Source: an uncultured Methylomirabilota bacterium
GTDB lineage: Bacteria; Methylomirabilota; Methylomirabilia; Methylomirabilales; 2-02-FULL-66-22
Length of the DNA stretch: 64,000 bases
Assembly: GCA_963845565.1 (NCBI GenBank)
Contig: CAWJSJ010000001.1
Coordinates: 448,001-512,000, forward strand
Direction: 5' to 3'
Shown here: piece after piece, positions 37,047-46,641 of the stretch
How positions within the stretch are numbered: position 1 is the stretch's first letter
How the letters are laid out: each line of letters begins with the position of its first letter
Notes under the pieces: generated by a model
Database searches by the model: none
What the model was told of the DNA's origin: nothing
What the model saw: only the letters and a program-made list of their open reading frames with translations
Translations under genes and position numbers: made by a program

Positions 37047-37172
37047 CACCCGTCATGCGGCGCCACGCAGGGGGCGCAGCCGAGCCGAGTGCCTCGCGCG
37101 AAGAGGTGTGCGGCCACCTCATACGGTCGCGTGTCGCCTTCCACCGCGTTGTCCCATCGGAGTGTCTGGCGT

Positions 37173-37430
37173 ATGAATGAGATTGTGCAGCGGGTCAGGG
37201 CATTGCTTTCGACGCGACTCAAATTGGCGACGGCGGTCGCGGGGATCACCGACGATACGCCGCTCTTCGGCCCGACCGGTCTTGGGCTCGACTCGATCGA
37301 TGCGCTGGAGTTGGTTTTGGGCCTGGAGAAGGAATTCGGGGTCGTCGTGGAGGATCGGGCGACGGCCGTCACGGTCCTGGCCTCCATCCGGACGATCGCG
37401 GAGCATATTCAGTCGCAGGGAAAGGGTTGA
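37173..37430 (+). CDS. Acyl carrier protein
   Basis: ITDDTPLFG..GLGLDSIDALEL...LEKEFG (phosphopantetheine Ser), aryl-polyene-cluster style ACP. Confidence 0.92.
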   Translation: MNEIVQRVRALLSTRLKLATAVAGITDDTPLFGPTGLGLDSIDALELVLGLEKEFGVVVEDRATAVTVLASIRTIAEHIQSQGKG

Positions 37431-37434
37431 GCGT

Positions 37435-37860
37435 ATGGTCGGAGATCCCGCCTCGTTTCTTCCTCATGGCCTCTCGTTCCGGTTCGTCGATCGGGTCCTG
37501 GAACTCGTTCCGGGAGAGCGGGTCGTCGCGCTGAAGAATGTGACCGCGAACGATCCGCATCTGCAGGATCATTTCCCCGGACATCCGCTCATGCCGGGCG
37601 TGCTCTTGGTGGAGTCCATGGCGCAGACCGCCGGACTGCTCCTGCCGGAAGGCTCCTCCGCCTTTCTGGCGCAGATCAAGGAGGCGCGTTTTCGCGCGCC
37701 GGTGATTCCCGGCGATCAGCTTCGGATTGAAGCCGTCCGCCGCGGCGGCCTGAGCGATCTGCACCGCTTCGAGGTCGCGGCCTTGGTCAACGGCACTCCG
37801 GCCGCGGAGGCAGAGATCGTGCTGGCGGTCGTGAGGGCGAACGCGGGGGGCCGGCCGTGA
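37435..37860 (+). CDS. fabZ: 3-hydroxyacyl-ACP dehydratase
   Basis: LPH...F.FVD, KNVT.N, HFPG.P.MPGVL.VE.MAQ, FR.PV.PGD. Confidence 0.92.
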   Translation: MVGDPASFLPHGLSFRFVDRVLELVPGERVVALKNVTANDPHLQDHFPGHPLMPGVLLVESMAQTAGLLLPEGSSAFLAQIKEARFRAPVIPGDQLRIEAVRRGGLSDLHRFEVAALVNGTPAAEAEIVLAVVRANAGGRP

Positions 37861-38786
37861 CCGTTCGCGAGACGCGCGAGGGGTGCGCTACCGCCACGCT
37901 TGGCGACGCGTCGAGTTGGCGCGGTACGACCGCCGTTCTGGGCAGCGAGACTGTGGCCTGCAATCTGTGCGGGACAGCGGACGCCGCCCCGGTGGTGGGC
38001 GGGGCATTCGCGATGGTGCGATGCCGCACCTGCGGACTGGTCTATCTGAATCCACGGCCGACGCCCGATGTCTTGCTGGCCTTGTACGTGGACTACCATG
38101 CCCGGTTCGGCCAGAACGAGACGGTCTGGGATCGTTTGATGAATCGGATCTTCCGCGAGGCGGAGGATCTACTCTGCGCGTCGGTCCGCGGCCCGGGACC
38201 GCAGCGTCTTCTGGATGTGGGATGCGGGTTCGGTGGGTTCGTCGCCGCGATGCGGCGCCGGGGGTGGGACGTCGAGGGGTTGGATCCTTCTCCGACGGCA
38301 GTGGCGGCCGCCAGGGCGATGGAGCGTCCGGTCCGTCTGGGGACCCTGGACGCACTCCAGGGTGAACGCGGGAAATATGATGCCATCACCATGTTCTATG
38401 TGCTCGAACACCTCCCCGATCCCATGGGGGCGCTCCGCACAGCCTGGAGCCTGCTTGGACCCGGGGGAATCCTGTTGCTTCGGGTCCCGCACACCACGCC
38501 CATCGTCCGCCTGCTGGCGCCCTTCGGCGCGGGCGGATCGCTCTACGATCCGCCGTTTCACCTGTACGATTTTTCTCCGACGGTCCTCCGGGAGATGGTC
38601 GCGCGCGCGGGGTTTGATGATATCCGGACGTTCCCGGGACGGCCGACCGTCCCATCCCGGCCGGGGGCCCGCGCCGCCGCGGCGTGTTTCGGGGCGCTGG
38701 CCGCAACGCTCCACAGGCTGACGCGAGGCGCGGTGCTCCTGCCGGGGGTGAGCAAGACCACGATCGCCCGGAAACCATCAAACTGA
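37857..38786 (+). CDS. SAM-dependent methyltransferase with N-terminal Zn ribbon
   Basis: CNLC...CRTCGLVYLNPRP, LLDVGCG.G, VLEH..DP, L.PGG, PFHL. Confidence 0.88.
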   Translation: MTVRETREGCATATLGDASSWRGTTAVLGSETVACNLCGTADAAPVVGGAFAMVRCRTCGLVYLNPRPTPDVLLALYVDYHARFGQNETVWDRLMNRIFREAEDLLCASVRGPGPQRLLDVGCGFGGFVAAMRRRGWDVEGLDPSPTAVAAARAMERPVRLGTLDALQGERGKYDAITMFYVLEHLPDPMGALRTAWSLLGPGGILLLRVPHTTPIVRLLAPFGAGGSLYDPPFHLYDFSPTVLREMVARAGFDDIRTFPGRPTVPSRPGARAAAACFGALAATLHRLTRGAVLLPGVSKTTIARKPSN

Positions 38787-41296
38787 TGCTGGAATCCTGG
38801 CTCCGCCGATTGGCCCGAACCATAGACGCCAACCCGCGTCGCATCGCCATCGCCTGCCTGCTCGCGGCTCTCCTGGCCGCCGCCGTTGTCGTACGGATTC
38901 CCGTCACGACCGAACTGCTGGATGTCATGCCGGGCCGGGCCCCCGCGATCGTGGCGTTCACGGATTTCCTGCGGGACTTCGGGGTCCTGAATGGGCTGGT
39001 CATCGTGGTGGAAACCCAAGAAACGTCGGCCGAGACGCTCCTGGCCGTGGTTGAGTCGCTGGGCGAGCGATTGTCCGCCTCCGCGGCGGTGGCGTCGGTG
39101 GACTACAACGCGTTGCGGTCCGGTTTCCGGTTTGTCGCCGAGCATTTTCCTGTGTACCTGGACGACGGCGCGGTTGCCCGGCTTTCGCGCCGGCTGACCC
39201 CGGGGGGAATTCAGGCCCAGATCACGCGGAACCGGGAGGCATTGTTGTCTCCCGTGGCGTTTCCCTTCGAGGCCGAGGCGATCGGGAAAGATCCGCTGGA
39301 CATCCGGGCCTTGGTGCGGGACAGCCTCGTGACGCGGGTCTCCACCGGGGCGCTCGACCTGTCCACGGGCTATTACCTCGATCGCTCCCACCGTTTGGCG
39401 CTGTTGATGGTGCGGCCCCGCGGTTCGACCCGAGATCTATCCTTCGTCCGGAGCTTAGAGGAGGAGGTGCGCCGCATCGCGGCGGAGGTGATTGCGGCGG
39501 AAGGCGATCCGCGGACGATCCGGGTCGGCTTGGCAGGGGGGTATGCCCGCGCCGCCGAGGCGGTGGCGGTGATCTGGCAGGACATGCTGCTCTCCTTCGG
39601 CGTGTCGCTGGTCCTGGTGGTCTTTCTCCTGTGGGCGGCGTTCCGTCCGTCAATCATCGTGATCGGGGTTTTCGTCGCGACGCTGTTCGCGGCGCTCGCC
39701 TGGACCCTGTGGTTGGCGTACCTGCTGTACGGTACCCTCAATATCGTGACCAGCATCGTGGCGGCCATGCTGGTCGGGTTATTCGTGGACTACAATATCC
39801 ACGTCTACCAGCGGTTCCGGGAGTCCTTCCGGGCGAACGGGAGGACGGCGCAGGCCCTGGAGACGACGCTCACCGGAACAGGGAAGGCGATTCTCAGCGG
39901 GGCGCTCACCACGGCGTTGTCCTTTTTTTCTGTGGTCGTTACCAGCTTTCGCGGGATGCACGAATTGGGGGTCGTGGCGGGGTGTGGGGTGCTCGTGTGT
40001 CTGCTGGCGACTCTCGTGTTCATGACTGCGCTCCTCACCTGGCTTGCTCAGAGCCGGCCGACGCGGCTCCTGGCGGGCCGGCCGGTCGATCTCGGGGCGG
40101 GCTGGGCGGCACGCCTCGTCGCTCGGCGTGGGGGGGCGCTCACCATCGGGTTCGTGCTGCTGGTGGCGATCGCCGTCTGGGGCGCGACGCTGGTTCGGTT
40201 CGATGCGAGCCTCGAATCACTCGGGCTGCGAGACAGCGCGGTACAGGCGGTGGAGGAGACGCTCCAGCGAGTGCTCGGCCGGAGCGGCGAGCCGCTCTTT
40301 GTCGTCGTGCGAGGCGCCAACGATGGGCAGATCGCACGGGATTTCGATGCGCTGGACCGGCAGGGCGCACGCTGGCGCGCCCAGGGCACGATCGGCGGTT
40401 TCGCGTCGGCGGGGCTGCTGTTGCCGCCGCCGTCTCGACAGCGGCAGACCCTGGCGCGCCTGGCCGCCGAGGGGCTCCCGGGGCGGTTCGACGGACCTGG
40501 ACTGGCCAAGCTCGTCCGGACTGAGATGGGCCGGCAGGGTATGGTCGCGGACGCCGCCCTCGATGGCTACGCGGCGGGAATCGTCCGGGCGCTATCCGCC
40601 GGCGAGGTGGTCGGCCTGGCGGAACTCGCCCGGACGCAGGACCCCCGTGCCGCCTATTACTACCATCACGACCGACGGGCCCTGGCGGCACACCTGACGC
40701 CGCCGGGTTCGGGCTGGGACCGGGCCACACTCTCGGCACTCGAAGCGGACGTGCGCCTGCTCGGAGCAGGGTTTCGCCTGGTCGGCCCGGCCGTTTTCTT
40801 GGAGCAGATCCGGGCGACGATCCTGTGGGAGGCAGGACTGGCGGTGGTGCTCTCCTTTGCTGCGAACCTGTGCATCGTCCGGTTCCACTTCCAGAACTGG
40901 CGCCGTGTGTGGCTGGTCATGGTCCCGGTCACGGTCGGGGCGATTCTGACGGTGGGGAGCATGGGGGTGTTGGGGATGCGGTTCAATTTCTTCAACGTGG
41001 CAGGCATCGCCCTGATCTTCGGATTCGGCGTGGACTACGGGATCTACCTGATGCAAGCGCACGTGGAAGGGAACTCCGCGTGCGGCGCCGACGCGGTGCG
41101 ATCGGTCGGAGGGGGTGTGATCCTGTGCGCCGTCACGACGCTGGCAAGCTGCGGGAGCCTGATCACCACGCACTATCGGGGCCTCGCGTCCATCGGGGCG
41201 GTCCTGTGCCTGGGCACGCTGTTCTGCCTGGCGACCACGCTGCTGCTCCTGCCTCCCCTGATGGGGCGCTTCGGGAAGACGGGCATTCGGCCGTGA
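38786..41296 (+). CDS. MMPL/RND family lipid exporter
   Basis: Two periplasmic domains and two TM blocks containing GL.VDY.IH and GFGVDYGIY. Confidence 0.9.
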   Translation: MLESWLRRLARTIDANPRRIAIACLLAALLAAAVVVRIPVTTELLDVMPGRAPAIVAFTDFLRDFGVLNGLVIVVETQETSAETLLAVVESLGERLSASAAVASVDYNALRSGFRFVAEHFPVYLDDGAVARLSRRLTPGGIQAQITRNREALLSPVAFPFEAEAIGKDPLDIRALVRDSLVTRVSTGALDLSTGYYLDRSHRLALLMVRPRGSTRDLSFVRSLEEEVRRIAAEVIAAEGDPRTIRVGLAGGYARAAEAVAVIWQDMLLSFGVSLVLVVFLLWAAFRPSIIVIGVFVATLFAALAWTLWLAYLLYGTLNIVTSIVAAMLVGLFVDYNIHVYQRFRESFRANGRTAQALETTLTGTGKAILSGALTTALSFFSVVVTSFRGMHELGVVAGCGVLVCLLATLVFMTALLTWLAQSRPTRLLAGRPVDLGAGWAARLVARRGGALTIGFVLLVAIAVWGATLVRFDASLESLGLRDSAVQAVEETLQRVLGRSGEPLFVVVRGANDGQIARDFDALDRQGARWRAQGTIGGFASAGLLLPPPSRQRQTLARLAAEGLPGRFDGPGLAKLVRTEMGRQGMVADAALDGYAAGIVRALSAGEVVGLAELARTQDPRAAYYYHHDRRALAAHLTPPGSGWDRATLSALEADVRLLGAGFRLVGPAVFLEQIRATILWEAGLAVVLSFAANLCIVRFHFQNWRRVWLVMVPVTVGAILTVGSMGVLGMRFNFFNVAGIALIFGFGVDYGIYLMQAHVEGNSACGADAVRSVGGGVILCAVTTLASCGSLITTHYRGLASIGAVLCLGTLFCLATTLLLLPPLMGRFGKTGIRP

Positions 41297-42738
41297 AGTG
41301 GGATGCCGTGGTCGTCGGGTCCGGAATCGGCGGGCTGGCCTGTGCCGGCATGCTGGCGGCGCAGGGCGCCAAGGTGGCCGTACTGGAGCAGGCGACGGCT
41401 CCCGGTGGCTACCTGACCTCCTTTCGTCGAGGCGGCTTCACTTTCGACACCGCGGTGGACTGCATTGCCGGCCTCGATCCGGACGGCTTACTGACGTGGC
41501 TCCTGCGCGCGTTGGGGGTGGACGGCCGCTTGACCCGAATCCGTCTGGACCCCATCCGGGTGAGCAGATTTCCCGGTGTGACCATCCCGGTGGATGCGAG
41601 CTTGCCGGCCTACATCGACCGATTGTCCTGCCGCTTCCCCTCCGAGCGACACGGCATCGCGGCGTTCTTCCGGCGCGCCGGGGAGATCTATGACGGGGTG
41701 GAAGCCATGATGAACTCGGTCAAAACGGGGAGAGCGCACGCCGATGCGTTTCCCGCGGCGCTGCTGCGCTACGGCCACCTGACCTACGGGGACTTGCTGC
41801 GTCACGATATCCGAGACGCCCAGCTCTCCGCCATCCTGTCCGATCGCTGCCCCTTTCTCGGCTCACCCCCGGTCCGCGTGTCTGCGACCCGGATGATCGC
41901 CCTGGTGATGAGCTATTTCCGGTCCGGCGCCTACCGGCCGGCGGGTGGCCATCAGCGGCTTCCCGACCTCCTGGTGGAGGGCATCCGGCGCGCCGGATGC
42001 GAGGTCTGGCTTGGGCGCCCCGCCAGGCGGATCCTCCTGGAAGGCGGGCGGTGTACCCGCGTCCTGGCCGACGACGGTGCGGAGTTTCCCGCCAGGCACG
42101 TCGTGTCGAACGCCGACTTCCGGGAAACCTTCGGACGTCTGATCGGGGGGGCCGTGGGCGGAGCCGTCCTCGCGGGTGCTCGCGAGCGACCGCTCTCGCC
42201 GTCGTTCTTTGTTGCGTATGCGGGAGTCCGCAAGGATACCGGGCGGCACGGCGCCTCGAGCATCGGATCCTTCGGAGACTTCGATCTGGATGCGTTTCTG
42301 GACCGGTATATGCCCTTCTCGGACGCGGATGCGCTCGGCGTGACCATCCCCACAGTGGAGGACCCCAGTCTGGCCCCCCCGGGACACGATGTCGTGGTGG
42401 TCCACGAACTCATCCCCAACGGCTACCCGTGTGATTGGACCCGAGCGAAGAGTGCCCGCCTGGACCACGTGCTCCGCAAGGCCGAGCGGGTTCTGCCGGG
42501 ATTGACGGAACGGGTGGTCTCCCGTGACGCTGCTACCCCCTCGACACTGGAGCGGTACACCCGGAATGCGGGGGGTGCCGCGTATGGTTGGGACCAAACC
42601 CCGCACCCGTTCCGGGTCCGCCATGGGATCGACAATTTGCATCTGGCTGGGCACTGGGCGGAAGCCGGCGGCGGCGTCCTGGCCGCCGCCTACGCCGGGA
42701 TGCGGGTTGCCGCCAGGATCATCGAGGCCGGCGCATGA
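41293..42738 (+). CDS. Phytoene desaturase (CrtI)-like FAD oxidoreductase
   Basis: VVVGSGIGGL, E....PGGY..SF.R.GF.FD, P.GG, DPSLAP.G, ATP.T.ERYT.N..GA.YG, NL.LAG.W..GGG. Confidence 0.9.
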   Translation: MKWDAVVVGSGIGGLACAGMLAAQGAKVAVLEQATAPGGYLTSFRRGGFTFDTAVDCIAGLDPDGLLTWLLRALGVDGRLTRIRLDPIRVSRFPGVTIPVDASLPAYIDRLSCRFPSERHGIAAFFRRAGEIYDGVEAMMNSVKTGRAHADAFPAALLRYGHLTYGDLLRHDIRDAQLSAILSDRCPFLGSPPVRVSATRMIALVMSYFRSGAYRPAGGHQRLPDLLVEGIRRAGCEVWLGRPARRILLEGGRCTRVLADDGAEFPARHVVSNADFRETFGRLIGGAVGGAVLAGARERPLSPSFFVAYAGVRKDTGRHGASSIGSFGDFDLDAFLDRYMPFSDADALGVTIPTVEDPSLAPPGHDVVVVHELIPNGYPCDWTRAKSARLDHVLRKAERVLPGLTERVVSRDAATPSTLERYTRNAGGAAYGWDQTPHPFRVRHGIDNLHLAGHWAEAGGGVLAAAYAGMRVAARIIEAGA

Positions 42739-43781
42739 GTCGAAGCAACTCGGTCGCCGCAGTCATCGCCGCCTACAACGCCCGGGAACGGATCGCCGAG
42801 GTCATCACGGGAGCCTTTCGTCATGTGCGGACCGTGATCGTTGCGGACGACGGCTCGACGGACGGGACGGCGCAGGTCGCCAAGGAGGCGGGCGCCGAGG
42901 TGATCGTGTTGTCGGAGAATCGCGGGAAGGGCAACGCGCTTCGAGTCCTCTTCGCCGAGGCCCGGAGACGCGGACTGTCTGCGGTGATCGCGCTCGATGC
43001 CGACGGCCAGCACGACCCGGACGACATTCCCGCCTTTCTCGGAGTTCACCGCGACCACCCCGACGCGATCCTCACCGGGTCGCGGATGGGGGCTCCGGAC
43101 CGCATCCCGCGCCACCGGCGCAATTCGATGGTGGTGGCGCGCTTCTTCATCTCCCTGGCCGCCAATCAGTTCATCGAAGATACCCAATGCGGGTTCCGCC
43201 TGTATCCCCTCTCGGCGCTCGAGGCGCTCTCCCTCCACCGGGAGCGGTATGTGACCGAGACCGAGATCCTGCTCAAGGCGGGGGACTCGGGACGGGCGAT
43301 CCGATCCCTCCCCATCAAGGCGCTGTACCCGCCCGGACACCCAACCCACTTCCGGTCCGTCCCGGACGTCGCCGCCATCTCCGTCTACGTGATCTCCTAT
43401 CTGATGGTGAAGTGGGGAATCGAAGGGCTGCGACCCGGCGTCGTCAATACGTACCGGGGGGCGGGTACGGCGCGCGATCGGTTTTCTCTCTCGCCCGGGT
43501 GGGATCGCGCCTTCGAAGTCTTCACGCTCTGTGCATCCCTCCCGCTGACCATGCTGTATGGCGCATGGTACTACCTGGCCCGCTGGTGCGGCCTTCCGGT
43601 CCTCCAGAGCTTGGCGCGGAGCGAAATCCCGGTGGGGAGGCTGCTCTTGTCCGTCCTGTTGCTCCCGGGACTGCTGGCGGTGTCGATCGTGGATCTGCTC
43701 GGAAACCGGTTGGGGATGCGTCCGGACCTCACGACCGGTTTCGTCCGTCGGTACTATCTGAACCCCTGGACGTGGCGATAA
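42735..43781 (+). CDS. GT2 glycosyltransferase with C-terminal TM segments
   Basis: AYN, DDGSTDGT, N.GKG.AL, DADGQH, DTQCGFRLY. Confidence 0.9.
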   Translation: MSRSNSVAAVIAAYNARERIAEVITGAFRHVRTVIVADDGSTDGTAQVAKEAGAEVIVLSENRGKGNALRVLFAEARRRGLSAVIALDADGQHDPDDIPAFLGVHRDHPDAILTGSRMGAPDRIPRHRRNSMVVARFFISLAANQFIEDTQCGFRLYPLSALEALSLHRERYVTETEILLKAGDSGRAIRSLPIKALYPPGHPTHFRSVPDVAAISVYVISYLMVKWGIEGLRPGVVNTYRGAGTARDRFSLSPGWDRAFEVFTLCASLPLTMLYGAWYYLARWCGLPVLQSLARSEIPVGRLLLSVLLLPGLLAVSIVDLLGNRLGMRPDLTTGFVRRYYLNPWTWR

Positions 43782-44060
43782 GGATATCGGCCCGAGGGAC
43801 GGTCCGGCTCCGGAGGCGCTCTGGCAGGGCAGGCTCCCGGGGCGTGGTTCAGGCCGCGGGGCGCACCGACGACCTGCGAGGGGCGGGCAGGATCACGACG
43901 GCATTCGAGATTGTCCGAAAGAACACGCCTTTCCGGGGTTGCGGTCCTCGGCGGCGTTTTTCACTTTCCGTCCGGGAGATACTTGCCTATAGTGACCCCG
44001 GCGTTTCGCGGTTTCCATTAACCCCGCGCGGCAGACGCGCGCAGCAGGAGGAGAGGGTCC

Positions 44061-44327
44061 ATGGCGTTGATGATCAATGATGAGTGCAGCAGTTGCGGTG
44101 CCTGCGAGGCGGAGTGCCCGAACACGGCCATCGCCGAGGGAACGGATCATTACATGATCAACCCCGACCTGTGCACGGAATGTGTCGGCTTCTTTGCCGA
44201 GCCGCAGTGCACGAGTGTCTGTCCGACCGATAGCATCGTCCCCGATCCCGCTCGGAAAGAGGGCAAGGATGCCCTGCTGGCCAAGTTTAAGAAGATCAAT
44301 CCGAACAAGGAGCCGGTGCTGAGCTAG
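44061..44327 (+). CDS. YfhL-type 2[4Fe-4S] ferredoxin
   Basis: CSSCGACEAECP ... CTECVG...PQC..VCP, RBS GGAG. Confidence 0.93.
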   Translation: MALMINDECSSCGACEAECPNTAIAEGTDHYMINPDLCTECVGFFAEPQCTSVCPTDSIVPDPARKEGKDALLAKFKKINPNKEPVLS

Positions 44328-44349
44328 ATCCAATCCGCGCTTTCTCCTT

Positions 44350-44395
44350 GACGGGGTCGGGGATGCCCGGGCATTCTTGGCCCCGTCGTTTTTTT
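44350..44395 (+). terminator. Rho-independent terminator
   Basis: GACGGGGtcggggATGCC/GGCATtcttggCCCCGTC long stem followed by T7. Confidence 0.8.
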
Positions 44396-44427
44396 GTTGG
44401 CTGAGGGGCCGTGCGGGAGGCGCGGGC

Positions 44428-44810
44428 GTGTGCGGGGCCATCGTCGATGCGGTGGGTGTCCACATCGGCGCCGGGATCGGCGGGGCCTCGGGCAGTCGAA
44501 TCGCGTACGCCGCGGACCGAGCGCTCTCTCTCGTGCGTGGAGCCGATGACGATCGTCGGCGCGCGTCACAAGGCATCGGCGTGCGCTTCGACGTGACCCT
44601 GCGGCGCTTCTAGGGGCGTTGATGCCGTCGGGAGCTGCACTGACGGTCCTGCTGCGGCCCGACGTGCTGGGCGATCCGATCACCGCGGACGGACTGCTGA
44701 TGCTGGTCATCCGATGCATGTGCATGGCGCTGGACGTCAAACGGCTCCGGATCGCGAATCGCGTGCGGGCGTCGGTCGCGGTGGTGGCGCGCAAAACCTT
44801 CCGCTTGTCC
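44428..44810 (+). pseudogene. Degraded DUF554-family membrane protein remnant
   Basis: Fragments in different frames resemble the N-terminal, middle and C-terminal motifs of DUF554: GAIVDAVGVHIGAGIG; SLSCVEPMTIVG; GLLMLVI...LDVKRLRIAN. Confidence 0.5.
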
Positions 44811-44825
44811 CCGGGGTGGTGAACG

Positions 44826-45986
44826 GTGCGTAGGCTTCCCGTCGCGCTTCTCGTCCTGGCCCACACGGTCGTCGACGCCTCGCAAAACATCCTGCCCGTG
44901 GTCCTCCCGCTCCTGGTGGCGCGGTTCCAGCTCAGCTACTCTCAGGCCGGATTGGCTGCGGCGCTTCTGAACATCTCGTCGTCGCTCATTCAGCCGCTAT
45001 TCGGCTGGGTGTCCGATCGCCGGCCCACCCGCTGGTTCATGCCGGTTGGCGTTGCCTGGACCGGGGTGCTGATGTGCCTGGTCGGGCTGGTCCCGAACTA
45101 TCCCGCGCTTCTATTGGTGATCGTCCTGACCGGGGTGGGCACGGCGGCGTTCCATCCGGTCGCATCCATGTCCGTCGCGCTCGCTTCGGGGACCAGGCGG
45201 GGGCTCGGGATGTCTCTCTTCTCGGCGGGCGGGAACCTGGGTTTTGCCATCGGTCCGGTCTTGGCCGCCTGGCTGGTGGCCGGGTTCGATCTGTCCGGCA
45301 CGGTGGCGGTGGCCGTCCCCGGGGTGGCCATGGCTGGCGTGATGTATCTCTGGCGCGACGAATTCGCCACCCGACCCGCGGTTCGGGACCCGCGCGCACC
45401 GTCGGGAGACGACCGCATCCCCTGGGGCCGGCTCGGAACCCTGTGCGTGCTGATTACGTTGAGGTCCTGGGGCTACTCCGGGCTGATCACCTTCATTCCG
45501 TTGCTGCTCCATACACAGGGCGTGTCGCTGCAGGAAACGGGACGCCTGTTGTTCGCCTTTCTGTTCTTCGGCGCACTCGGCGGATTGGCCGGCGGGCACC
45601 TGTCGGATCGGGTCGGACGGCATCAGGTGATTTCCGTATCTCTTCTCGCCTTCCCCGTCCTGATGGCGATCGCGCTCGTCGTCTCGGGACCGCTTCAGCT
45701 GTTCTTCCTCGCCAGCGCCGGTGTGACCTTGCTGGCGTCCTTCTCCGTGACAGTGGTCTTTGCGCAGGACCTCCTCCCGCACCATCTGGGACTGGCGTCC
45801 GGGCTGACGCTGGGGTTGGCGTTCGGGGCGGGCGGGGTCGGGGTCGGACTGTCGGGCGTGTTGGCGGACGCCTTAGGGATCGAGGCCAGTGTCTGGATCC
45901 TCTTGGCGCTACCAGGAATTGCCGGCGTGCTTGCGCTGATGCTCTCGCCGGGCCGGCGCAGCGACGCGCTCGAGGAAGAGGCCTGA
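44826..45986 (+). CDS. MFS transporter (Fsr/fosmidomycin-resistance-like)
   Basis: H..VD, QP.FG..SDR, AFHP, RG.GMS.F..GGN.G.A.GP, GG.LSDR.GR, G.ASG. Confidence 0.9.
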   Translation: MRRLPVALLVLAHTVVDASQNILPVVLPLLVARFQLSYSQAGLAAALLNISSSLIQPLFGWVSDRRPTRWFMPVGVAWTGVLMCLVGLVPNYPALLLVIVLTGVGTAAFHPVASMSVALASGTRRGLGMSLFSAGGNLGFAIGPVLAAWLVAGFDLSGTVAVAVPGVAMAGVMYLWRDEFATRPAVRDPRAPSGDDRIPWGRLGTLCVLITLRSWGYSGLITFIPLLLHTQGVSLQETGRLLFAFLFFGALGGLAGGHLSDRVGRHQVISVSLLAFPVLMAIALVVSGPLQLFFLASAGVTLLASFSVTVVFAQDLLPHHLGLASGLTLGLAFGAGGVGVGLSGVLADALGIEASVWILLALPGIAGVLALMLSPGRRSDALEEEA

Positions 45987-46592
45987 TCGCACCCGAGGGC
46001 CGGCGTAGTTACCGGTGCCTGGTGCGGGCGGTCGGGGAGGCCCGAACCGGCAGATACTCGGGCCGGAAATAGGGCGCCATCCCCACGAAGCCCGCCAGGT
46101 TGATCCGCCACCCACCCTCCTCGCGGTTCAAAAAACGCGGCCGCACGGCAATCTGACTCTTGCTCTCTCGAACATGCCGCAATATGAACCGGGCGCGCAG
46201 CAAGGCGATCCCGCCCTACTCGGAGATCGCGCCGAAGAGAATCTGAAGAGACATCTCCAACGGTTGTTGACCTCTCATCCGTCTGCTTGTGAATAACCTA
46301 TGTGGCGAACGACGATCGAGATTCGCCTCTGAAACATCTCGCGCCGAGGCGGCTCCGGCCTGAGGTCCCATTCCTGTAAACACATCTGCCGCGTTGAACC
46401 GGCTCTCGCTGGTTCGATCTCAAGAGAGCTTCATTTTCTCGGATAGTTATCCAGAAACCTCTTCCGCCTAGCTTTCACATCAGCCCATCTAGTGGTGGGG
46501 GGGACGTATCTGGTGCGCTTGGGAATGAAGAGGTCCGGCTTCCCCTGCTCTCGCCCGATTACTTCTCTTGTGAAAACTCTGAGAAAAAAGTG

Positions 46593-46622
46593 TTGACACG
46601 CAGGGAACACTCGATGTATAAA
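46593..46622 (+). promoter_or_regulatory. Sigma70-type promoter
   Basis: TTGACA-N18-TATAAA, ending 19 bp before ATG 46642, with an A-rich tract upstream. Confidence 0.65.
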
Positions 46623-46641
46623 TCTCAACGGATGGTGACTA

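Noticed and set aside
13260..43781. Calling the cluster a standard aryl-polyene or a proven ladderane pathway
   Set aside because: It shares APE-type parts (COG4648, ACP, LolA, MMPL, GT2), but seven radical SAMs and a CrtI-like enzyme are not APE features. Ladderane synthesis has not been demonstrated for this cluster type, and nothing else here indicates an anammox organism.
46280..46520. oriC or NrdR-box interpretation of DnaA-like and CATCTAGTG-like motifs
   Set aside because: There are only two imperfect DnaA-like boxes, no dnaA/dnaN/gidA or nrd genes nearby, and the matches to the NrdR consensus are weak.
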